Notes under the pieces: generated by a model
Databases searched by the model: none
Told to the model about the DNA's origin: nothing
What the model saw: only the letters and a program-made list of their open reading frames with translations
Made by a program: the position numbers and the translations under genes
Assembly (NCBI GenBank): GCA_039831155.1
Contig: JBDONT010000011.1
Location: forward strand, 32,367 to 96,366
Reading direction: 5' to 3'
Length of the DNA: 64,000 bases
Origin: Nautiliaceae bacterium
GTDB lineage: Bacteria; Campylobacterota; Campylobacteria; Campylobacterales; Nautiliaceae
Shown: piece by piece, positions 50,049 through 58,240 of the stretch
How positions within the stretch are numbered: the first letter of the stretch is position 1
Layout of the letters: the number at the start of each line of letters is the position of its first letter

Positions 50049-50889
50049 AGTTTTATGGATTGATGCGAATACTTGTTACGGATGTTCGCATTCTTTTTTT
50101 AATTATAAGGAAATCTCTTCTCTTTTTGACGAAATAGAGTTTTTATATCATCCTCTTTTTTTATCTAATGATTTTAGTATTCAAAATAGCGATTTGTTAA
50201 TAGTTGAAGGGGCTTTAAGGGAAAATTTTTTTAGAATGGGGTATGAATTTAATGAATTGTTGGATTCTTTAATTAAAAGAGCTTCTAATATTTTAGCATT
50301 GGGTACATGTGCGGTTTACGGAGGAATTTACGGAGAAGGGCTTATGTTTAATAAAAAAGAAAAAGGAAAATATTTCGATTTGAATATTATAAATTTACCC
50401 GGTTGTCCTCCTCATCCGGATTGGATTGTTTATATTTTAAATATGTTAAAATCGAATAAGCAAATTTTACTTGACGAACTTAATAGACCTAAAGAAATTT
50501 TCGCTTATACTTCTCATATGGGATGCATAAGAAACGAATATTTCGATTGGAAAATCGATGCAAAAGATTTTGGAGAAAAAGAGGGGTGCCTTTTTTATCT
50601 GCAGGGTTGCCAAGGACCGTTTACTCACGGTAATTGTAATAAAATTTTATGGAATGAAGTGAATTCGAAACCAAGAGCGGGGACTCCTTGTTTCGGATGT
50701 ACGGAAGCTGATTTTCCAAAAGATAATCTTTTTAAAACCGATACGTTTATGGGGATACCGGCTAATATTCCGTTGGGAGTTAGTAAAAGAGCTTATTTAA
50801 CTTTAAGTGGAGTTGCTAAAAGTCTTAAAAACGATAGACTTGAAAAGAAACTTATAAATTATCTCAAGGAAAAAGATGAAGATAAATAA
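50032..50889 (+). CDS. Cytoplasmic [NiFe]-hydrogenase small subunit (group 2d-like)
   Basis: No Tat signal; CYGCSHS, GTCAVYGG, PGCPPHP, HMGC.RNEY, GCL..QGCQGP, CN..WN, PCFGC. Confidence 0.85.
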   Translation: MHSKFKVLWIDANTCYGCSHSFFNYKEISSLFDEIEFLYHPLFLSNDFSIQNSDLLIVEGALRENFFRMGYEFNELLDSLIKRASNILALGTCAVYGGIYGEGLMFNKKEKGKYFDLNIINLPGCPPHPDWIVYILNMLKSNKQILLDELNRPKEIFAYTSHMGCIRNEYFDWKIDAKDFGEKEGCLFYLQGCQGPFTHGNCNKILWNEVNSKPRAGTPCFGCTEADFPKDNLFKTDTFMGIPANIPLGVSKRAYLTLSGVAKSLKNDRLEKKLINYLKEKDEDK

Positions 50890-52030
50890 AAAAATTATCT
50901 CTAAGATAGAGGGTGAGGCGGTTTTAAAAATTCAAGGAAAAGAGAAAATAGAATTTGTGGAAATAGAGTTTTGGCAAAATAACGGAATAGAAGAGTATTT
51001 AAAAAACAGGCATTTTTTAGACGCTCTTGTGGTTAACCCTAGAGTGTGTGGAATTTGCGGGCATTCTCATCTTTTTGCAACTGCAAAAGTTATAGAAAAG
51101 GTTTTTGATGTAAAAATTTCCAGTAAAGCAAAAATATTTAGGGAAATTACCACTTCTTTAGAGATAGTGCAAAATCATATAAAATGGTTTTATATGACTC
51201 TTTTTCCGACAATTATAAAAGATAAAAAATATATTTTTAAAGCAGTTAAATTCGCTTCCGAAATTTCAAAAGCTATAGCTGTTTTAGCCGGGCAATTTCC
51301 CCATAATTCTTATATTGTACCGGGGGGAGTTACATGCGATCCGACTTATGTAGAAATAATAAAATTAGAAAATATTTTAAAAAAAATAAAAGAAGATTAT
51401 ATGAAAGAAATAATGGATGAAGAGTTGTTTTCTTGTGATTTGAATCTCTTTTTCGAAAATTTGCCTAAAGATATCGGTAAAAGTTTAAATAGATTTTTAG
51501 TGTTGGGAAATAACGCTTTTTTTGAAGCGAACGGAACGGTTGAAAAAGTGGAGGAAGAAAAAGGATTTTTTAAAAACGCTTTTTATAAAGGAGAGTTTTA
51601 TGAAGTCGGTTCTTTAGCCAGATCTATCGTAAGAGAAGATAAAATTATAAAAAAAATTTATAAAGAATATAAAGATGGAATTTATACGAGAGTGGTATCC
51701 AGATTATATGAAGCTTTATTGCTTTTAAAATATGTGAATCTTATTATAAAAAAAGTCGACTTAAGAGAAAAATCTTTTGAAAAGCCTTCTATAAAAGATG
51801 GAAAAGCTAAAATTGCGGTTGAAGCTCCAAGAGGTAGTTTGATTCATGAAATTGAAATTAAAAATGAAAAAATATCGTTTTATAATATTATAGTTCCTAC
51901 TCAATTTAATTTAGGTTCTTCTAAAAAGAGATTTTCTCCCGCTCAAGAAGCTTTAATAGGCGAAGATTTAAAATATACCGATGTGATATTTAAATGTTTC
52001 GATGTATGTGCGGTTTGTATGTCTCATTAA
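50876..52030 (+). CDS. Cytoplasmic [NiFe]-hydrogenase large subunit (group 2d-like), 384 aa
   Basis: KIEGEA, L1 PRVCGICGHSH, EAPRGSLIH, L2 FDVCAVCMSH at the terminus. Confidence 0.85.
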   Translation: MKINKKIISKIEGEAVLKIQGKEKIEFVEIEFWQNNGIEEYLKNRHFLDALVVNPRVCGICGHSHLFATAKVIEKVFDVKISSKAKIFREITTSLEIVQNHIKWFYMTLFPTIIKDKKYIFKAVKFASEISKAIAVLAGQFPHNSYIVPGGVTCDPTYVEIIKLENILKKIKEDYMKEIMDEELFSCDLNLFFENLPKDIGKSLNRFLVLGNNAFFEANGTVEKVEEEKGFFKNAFYKGEFYEVGSLARSIVREDKIIKKIYKEYKDGIYTRVVSRLYEALLLLKYVNLIIKKVDLREKSFEKPSIKDGKAKIAVEAPRGSLIHEIEIKNEKISFYNIIVPTQFNLGSSKKRFSPAQEALIGEDLKYTDVIFKCFDVCAVCMSH

Positions 52031-52149
52031 AATTAATATTGTTTTCATAAATATAATTTTATCTAATATCTATTGAAAAAAGAATATTTATTTGAGTATA
52101 ATAAAAATCTTAAACGAATGCTTAAATGAAAAAATTTCGGAGGGTTAAA

Positions 52150-53283
52150 ATGAATAAAATTTCTTTAGAAAAAGTAAAAGAGAGATTGGAATCTCTAAAA
52201 AAACTTCCGGCGATAGGTGGTAGAAACGTTTCTCAAATTTTAGAAGAAAAAGGATTTACAAGAAGAGATTTTCTAAAATGGTCGGCGGCTATGGCTGCAA
52301 TGTTGAGTTTGCCTAGTTCGTTTACTCCATTGATTGCCGAAGCGGCGGAAGTGAGTGACAGACTTCCGGTTATTTGGTTACATATGGCTGAATGTACGGG
52401 ATGTAGTGAAAGTTTAATCAGAACGGATACTCCTACGATTGACGATTTGATTTTTAATTATATTAATCTTGAATATCACGAAACTCTTATGGCGGCTGCC
52501 GGTTGGCAAGCGGAAGAAAATTTAAAAGAAGCTATGGAAAAATATAAAGGTAGATATATTCTTTGTGTTGAGGGTGGAGTACCTACGAAAATGAACGGAG
52601 AATTTTTAACTTTGGGGCCGCATGCGGAAAGTGGAATAGAAGTTTTAAAAAAAGCGGCGGATGATGCAGCGGCTATTATTAGTGTCGGTACTTGTAGTGC
52701 GTTCGGAGGAATTCAAGCGGCGGCTCCTAATCCTACCGGTTCTAAAGGAGTATATCAAGTAATTGATAAACCTGTAATTAACGTACCGGGATGTCCTCCT
52801 AGTGCTAAAAATATCGTAGGTACTATTATTTATTATATTTTATTCGGTCAACTACCGGCGGTTGATAATTTCAACAGACCTAAATTCGCATACGGACTTA
52901 GAATTCACGATTTATGTGAAAGAAGAGGTCATTTTGATGCCGGAGAATTTGTAGAAGTATTCGGAGATAGCGGTGCGGAGAACGGATTTTGTTTATATAA
53001 AGTAGGATGTAAAGGTCCTTATACGTTTAATAACTGTTCGCGTGAGAGATTTAACCAACATACATCTTGGCCGGTTCAAGCGGGACACGGTTGTTTAGGA
53101 TGTAGTGAGCCGGATTTTTGGGATGCTATGTCACCTTATGAAGAGCCTTTGGCGGATAAAAAATTTGATTCGCCTTTAGCGGATGAAACGGCGGATAAAT
53201 ACGGTGTTACTATTTTAACGGTAGCTGGTGTGGCGATTGCGGCACACGCGGCACTTAGTGCGATTAAAAATCCAAAAGAGTAA
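52150..53283 (+). CDS. hydA: Group 1b membrane-bound [NiFe]-hydrogenase small subunit
   Basis: Tat RRDFLK, ECTGCSES, PGCPP, HDLCERR, CLYKVGCKGP, C-terminal TM; start 52150 preferred over 52126. Confidence 0.93.
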   Translation: MNKISLEKVKERLESLKKLPAIGGRNVSQILEEKGFTRRDFLKWSAAMAAMLSLPSSFTPLIAEAAEVSDRLPVIWLHMAECTGCSESLIRTDTPTIDDLIFNYINLEYHETLMAAAGWQAEENLKEAMEKYKGRYILCVEGGVPTKMNGEFLTLGPHAESGIEVLKKAADDAAAIISVGTCSAFGGIQAAAPNPTGSKGVYQVIDKPVINVPGCPPSAKNIVGTIIYYILFGQLPAVDNFNRPKFAYGLRIHDLCERRGHFDAGEFVEVFGDSGAENGFCLYKVGCKGPYTFNNCSRERFNQHTSWPVQAGHGCLGCSEPDFWDAMSPYEEPLADKKFDSPLADETADKYGVTILTVAGVAIAAHAALSAIKNPKE

Positions 53284-53301
53284 ATATAAAGGAGAAACGA
53301 T

Positions 53302-55041
53302 ATGGGAAAAAGAATAGTAATTGACCCTATTACAAGGATAGAAGGTCATTTAAGGGTTGAAGTTGTCGTAGATGAAAATAATAAAATTACGGATGCGTTT
53401 TCAAGTGCCACTTTATGGAGAGGGATTGAAGTTATCGTAAAAGGAAGAGACCCAAGAGATGCCGGATTTATTACTAGTAGAGTATGTGGGGTTTGTACTT
53501 ATTCTCATTATAAAGCCGGAATTGTTGCGGTAGAGGATGCTCTTGGTATAAAACCTCCTTTAAATGCTCAATTGACAAGAACTTTAATGGATTATGCTTT
53601 ATTCTTTCATGACCATATAGTTCATTTTTATCAATTACACGCACTTGATTGGGTTGATGTGATGAGTGCACTTAAAGCCGACCCTAAAAAAGCGAGTGAG
53701 CTTGCGTTTAAATATGTACCGGAGGGATATAATCCGATAGCAACAGGTGAGGATGAATTAAAAGAAGTTCAAAAAAGAGTTGCGAAATTTGCTGAGAAGG
53801 GTGATTTAGGACCGTTTAAAAACGGATATTGGGGTCATAAAACTATGAAATTTACTCCGGAACAAAATTTAATTGCTCTAAGCCATTATTTAAAAACACT
53901 TGAAATGCAAAGAATTGCGGCTCAAATGATGGCGATTTTCGGTGGTAAAAACCCACATCCGCAAAGTTTAACGGTTGGTGGGGTAACTTGTATTATGGAT
54001 CTTCAAGACCCGGCTAGACTTGCAGAATATAAAACTAAATTCGAACAATTAGCCGATTATGTAAACAGAGCTTATTATGCAGATATCGTAATGGCTGCTG
54101 AAGCTTATAGAAATGAACCTAGTGTTGTTCAAAAAACCGAATTAGGAAATTTCTTAGCTTATAAAACTATGCAAACCGGTGAAAATTCTTGGTTGTTCGA
54201 TGCTTGCGGATATATTAAAAATCACGATTTATCTAAGTTTTATCCGATTGACGAAGATAAAATTACAGAAGAGGCTACTCACGCTTGGTATAAAAATCTT
54301 GATACTCCGACCCATCCTTATGATGAAACGACAGAACCTTATTATACGGGCTATGTTGAAGGTGAAAGTATAGACGGTCAAGGGAAAATTGTAAAAACGA
54401 AAGTTGTTAACGAAAAAGGTAAATACTCTTGGATTAAATCACCAAGATACGATAACGAGCCTATGGAAGTCGGACCTCTTGCTTGTATGGTTGTAAACTA
54501 TGCTAAAGGAAATAAAAGAGTTCAAAAAGTTGTAAATGATTTCTTAGCTAAAACGAATCTTCCGGCGGAAGCGTTGTTTACGGTACTTGGAAGAACTGCC
54601 GCAAGAATGCTTCAAGCTAAAATGATTGCTGATTACGGATTGGAAACTTTTAATAGTTTGGTTGAAAATCTTAAAAAAGACCAAACAACGGTAGCACCTT
54701 ATATAATTGATAAAACTAAAGAATATAAAGGTAGATTTATCGGTGACGTTCCAAGAGGAATGTTGTCTCATTGGTGTAGAATTAAGAATGGAAAAATAGA
54801 AAATTGGCAAGCTGTTGTTCCATCAACATGGAATGCCGGTCCGGTAGACGGAAAAGGTAAAAAAGGAGCTTATGAAGTAAACCTTATCGGTATGACTCTT
54901 CAAGACCCAGCAAAACCTTTAGAAGTTATTAGAAGTATCCATTCATATGACCCATGTATCGCATGTGCAGTGCATGTAATGGATGTTAAAGGTAAAAAAC
55001 TCGGTGAATTTAAAGTAGACCCGCTTTACGGGGCATGCTAA
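53302..55041 (+). CDS. hydB: Group 1b [NiFe]-hydrogenase large subunit
   Basis: DPITRIEGH, RVCGVC, DPCIACAVH plus a cleavable C-terminal extension. Confidence 0.96.
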   Translation: MGKRIVIDPITRIEGHLRVEVVVDENNKITDAFSSATLWRGIEVIVKGRDPRDAGFITSRVCGVCTYSHYKAGIVAVEDALGIKPPLNAQLTRTLMDYALFFHDHIVHFYQLHALDWVDVMSALKADPKKASELAFKYVPEGYNPIATGEDELKEVQKRVAKFAEKGDLGPFKNGYWGHKTMKFTPEQNLIALSHYLKTLEMQRIAAQMMAIFGGKNPHPQSLTVGGVTCIMDLQDPARLAEYKTKFEQLADYVNRAYYADIVMAAEAYRNEPSVVQKTELGNFLAYKTMQTGENSWLFDACGYIKNHDLSKFYPIDEDKITEEATHAWYKNLDTPTHPYDETTEPYYTGYVEGESIDGQGKIVKTKVVNEKGKYSWIKSPRYDNEPMEVGPLACMVVNYAKGNKRVQKVVNDFLAKTNLPAEALFTVLGRTAARMLQAKMIADYGLETFNSLVENLKKDQTTVAPYIIDKTKEYKGRFIGDVPRGMLSHWCRIKNGKIENWQAVVPSTWNAGPVDGKGKKGAYEVNLIGMTLQDPAKPLEVIRSIHSYDPCIACAVHVMDVKGKKLGEFKVDPLYGAC

Positions 55042-55051
55042 GGAGGCTAAA

Positions 55052-55747
55052 ATGAAATTTTTAACTAAACCCATGAAATACCTAGGAGGTATTGAGTTTT
55101 CAGCCGGTTATAGATGGCAACATTGGATTAGGGCTATTTCTATTTTCGCCCTAATTATTACCGGGTTTTATATTGCTAATCCTTTTATTATATTTGCTAA
55201 TACGGCAGCCGAGCCTACTAGATTTTTACAGGCTTATATTAGAGAGTGGCATATAATTTTCGGTTTTGCTATGATTGGTGCGGTTTTATATAAAACGTTT
55301 TTCTTTTTCTTTTTTAAAGAAGGGAAATACGAAAGAGAATCTATTAAAGATGCTTTTAATATTAAAATAGCCCTTCAGCAAATAGGATACTATTTATTAG
55401 TGGCGAAACACCCTCATACTAAAGGTGTTTATAATCCTTTACAATTTTGGGCTTATGCTATGCTTTATGTATTCTTTTACGGAATAATTATTACCGGGCT
55501 TGCATTGTACGCCGAAGTTTATCACAACGGACTTGGAGCGTTTTTTTATCCTCTTGCTAAAGCGGTGGAAAGTTTTTGTGGAGGACTTGCTTATGTAAGA
55601 GTTTGGCACCATATCTTTATGTGGGCTATTATTGTAGTCGTATTCGTTCATATTTATATGGCGGTTTATAATGCCGCTTTTGGTAAAAACGGAGGAATGG
55701 ACGCAATTTTTTCCGGTATGAAATGGGAAAAAGAAGGCCATCATTAA
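55052..55747 (+). CDS. hydC: Hydrogenase b-type cytochrome subunit
   Basis: RWQHW, EWHI, YNPLQ, VWHH..HIYM heme-b histidines in TM helices. Confidence 0.94.
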   Translation: MKFLTKPMKYLGGIEFSAGYRWQHWIRAISIFALIITGFYIANPFIIFANTAAEPTRFLQAYIREWHIIFGFAMIGAVLYKTFFFFFFKEGKYERESIKDAFNIKIALQQIGYYLLVAKHPHTKGVYNPLQFWAYAMLYVFFYGIIITGLALYAEVYHNGLGAFFYPLAKAVESFCGGLAYVRVWHHIFMWAIIVVVFVHIYMAVYNAAFGKNGGMDAIFSGMKWEKEGHH

Positions 55748-55752
55748 TTCTC

Positions 55753-55815
55753 TTCCCCTTTTGGGGAAATAGATAATACAAAATGGATTTAGTCTGTTTT
55801 GTAGTGTCTATTTTT
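55753..55815 (+). terminator. Tandem stem-loops between hydC and hydD
   Basis: TTCCCC-TTTT-GGGGAA, then an approximately 20-bp G:U-rich hairpin at 55767-55813. Confidence 0.55.
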
Positions 55816-55829
55816 GATGAAAGGTTGTT

Positions 55830-56405
55830 ATGAAAATATTAATTTTAGGAATAGGAAATATTTTATTTGGAGATGAAGGTATAGGAGTTCATTTAGCAAA
55901 TTATATCGATGAGAAATATGAATTTAAAGGTCATTACCAAGTAGACGTAGTTGACGGGGGGACTTTAGCTCAAAGATTAATTCCTATAATTACCGATTAT
56001 GATAAAGTGTTTATTTTTGACTGTGTTGATGTGGATGACGCAAATATAGGAGATGTTTATTTCTTTGATTTTAGGGATGTACCGGAATGTGTAAGCTGGC
56101 AGGGAAGTGCCCACGAAGTGGAGATGCTGCAAACTCTTCAGATGATTGAAATGATGGGGGATTTGCCCGAAACTAAAATTATAGGAGTGGTGCCTTATGT
56201 AATAGGAGAAGATACTACGTTTAGTATAACTCCTGAAGTTCAAAAAGCGGCTAAACTTATGGAGAAAATTTTGATTACAGAACTCAAAAAATTAGGAGTT
56301 GAGCCGGTAGTTAAAAATGATAAAGTTGAACTTACTCAAATAGCCAAAGAGTCTTATAAAAGAGGAGTTCCTATTGAATCATTGCGTGGCTTAGAGGTTA
56401 AATAA
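55830..56405 (+). CDS. hydD: Hydrogenase maturation protease
   Basis: LGIGNILFGDEGIG, DGGT, SAHE. Confidence 0.94.
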   Translation: MKILILGIGNILFGDEGIGVHLANYIDEKYEFKGHYQVDVVDGGTLAQRLIPIITDYDKVFIFDCVDVDDANIGDVYFFDFRDVPECVSWQGSAHEVEMLQTLQMIEMMGDLPETKIIGVVPYVIGEDTTFSITPEVQKAAKLMEKILITELKKLGVEPVVKNDKVELTQIAKESYKRGVPIESLRGLEVK

Positions 56406-56414
56406 AGGAAAGAT

Positions 56415-58133
56415 ATGATATTAAAATTTAGATTCGAATTAGATTCTACAAACGGAGTTGTTGAGAAGATTTTGTTAAGGGTTGCAAAAGAGGTGGGAGT
56501 TGAACTCGGATTAAGTAGAGATGAAAGAAATTTATTTGCTTATGTAAAAGATTCTCAAGAACTTATTGAAGATTTTTCAAGAAAACTGGCAAATGAACTT
56601 CCTATTAGTATATTTTTAAAATCTCTTGATGCAGAGGTAACGGATGAGTTTAAAGATGATTTAAAAAAAGAATTCCCTAGTATCAATTTACCTCCTTGTC
56701 CTAAGTGTTTGAGAGAGGTAAAAGATAGAAATAATCTTAACTACTATAATCCTTTTCATCATTGTGAAGTTTGTGGTTATAAGGCTAAAGGAGAAGGAGA
56801 CTATAAAGAAGTTTTTGAAAATTTAGCTTTTAAATTAAAAAATAAAGAAAAAATTTATATTCAGACAATGAACGGAAAATATGAAGTTTCTACATCTTTA
56901 GAAAATGCGGAAATTATAGTAGCAGTCGATTTATCGGCAGTTGCTACATATTTTATGAGTTTTGAAGGAGAAGCAAAAGCACTTGGAAGTATTGAAAAAC
57001 CACTTGTAAATTTAAAAACGAATCTTAACTTTAAAAAAGAGTTTGGAATTTCAAATCCTTCATTTTTAGTAAAACTTCCGGATTGTATGGTACTTGAGCT
57101 TTTATGTGAAGAGATAAAAGATGATATTAAACTTTTAGGGCTTAAAAAAACTCAAAAAAGTGATGATTTTAGCTTTGAAGTTGAAAATGAAGATGAAGTT
57201 TTATTAGCAGTGGTTACCGATACTAGAAACAAAGATATTTTAATTCAAAGAGGAGATAGGGCGTTACTTCCTAAGTATGAAAAACCTTTTAGTAAAAAGG
57301 TTGTAGGTGCTTATAAAGAGTACAGTGCTTATGTAATGGATGATAAAACCGTATTAAAAAAAGAGAAAAACGACTCAAAAATAAAACCGGCTTTTGCAGG
57401 ATATTTTGGTGTGTTGGCCCAATGGAATTTAGAAAATAAAAATAGTATGGGATTTGCGTTTTACAAAGAAGAAGAGAGTAAAGTTATGCTTAATTCCCCA
57501 AAATTCGGGTTAGTTGAGTATATTGATTTTGATTTTAAATTTTCTTCTTTTGAAGAAATTTTCGCTTCAATAAAAGCTATGAATGAAACCGGAGAAAAAC
57601 TTGTTAAAAACTTTTTTGACAAACAAAAAGATTTGGCGTTAAAAGCTTTAAACGCAGATTTTTCTACCTCAAAAAAAGGGATAGCCTATTTATGGGGGAT
57701 TATTGGAGTGTTGTTGGGATTTGGAGATAATATTGATGAGGGATTTAACGGAATTTTAAAATATGCGAACTCTGCTATGACTAAAAAAGGTCCTAGAATA
57801 GATTATAAAATGAAAGATAAAAACTTAGACCCTCTTTGGGCTGTTAGGACGGTAATGAGTTTTAAATTGGCAGGGGTTGACGATTATTTGTTAAGTTTCG
57901 GTGTGATTGAGAGTTTTGCCGAATTTTTAACAAATATTTACGACCAACTTCATAAAGAATCTCTTTTAGACGGAGCTGTTATTGTAGGGGATTTGTTTGA
58001 AGGGGAATTTTTAAATAAAGTTTATACAAATATTAAGAAAAATTATCCGACCTTTACTCCTAAGGCACTACCTATTAGCGGAGCTGTTGAAGCGTATGGA
58101 AGTGCTTTTATTTTATCAAAAACGGATAATTAA
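56415..58133 (+). CDS. hydE: HydE hydrogenase accessory protein (degenerate HypF-like)
   Basis: Position after hydD; LPISIFL, CPKC..CEVC, KGPRIDY, SFKLAGVD..LSFG..ES. Confidence 0.75.
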   Translation: MILKFRFELDSTNGVVEKILLRVAKEVGVELGLSRDERNLFAYVKDSQELIEDFSRKLANELPISIFLKSLDAEVTDEFKDDLKKEFPSINLPPCPKCLREVKDRNNLNYYNPFHHCEVCGYKAKGEGDYKEVFENLAFKLKNKEKIYIQTMNGKYEVSTSLENAEIIVAVDLSAVATYFMSFEGEAKALGSIEKPLVNLKTNLNFKKEFGISNPSFLVKLPDCMVLELLCEEIKDDIKLLGLKKTQKSDDFSFEVENEDEVLLAVVTDTRNKDILIQRGDRALLPKYEKPFSKKVVGAYKEYSAYVMDDKTVLKKEKNDSKIKPAFAGYFGVLAQWNLENKNSMGFAFYKEEESKVMLNSPKFGLVEYIDFDFKFSSFEEIFASIKAMNETGEKLVKNFFDKQKDLALKALNADFSTSKKGIAYLWGIIGVLLGFGDNIDEGFNGILKYANSAMTKKGPRIDYKMKDKNLDPLWAVRTVMSFKLAGVDDYLLSFGVIESFAEFLTNIYDQLHKESLLDGAVIVGDLFEGEFLNKVYTNIKKNYPTFTPKALPISGAVEAYGSAFILSKTDN

Positions 58134-58240
58134 TATCTTTTTAATGAATATTATTTATAATTTTAAGGCAAGAAATTGCTTTTTTCATTTTTTCTCCTTT
58201 TTTCCTTTTCCTCCTTTTATTTTAATACAAAAGGCTTCTT

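Noticed and set aside
52031-52149. GAAT-containing imperfect repeats as the TetR operator upstream of hydA
   Set aside because: Too degenerate to distinguish from background without comparative data
58131-58153. TAATAT-N11-ATATTA as a NikR operator
   Set aside because: Pure A/T palindrome in AT-rich DNA; spacing does not fit the H. pylori TRWYA-N15-TRWYA consensus
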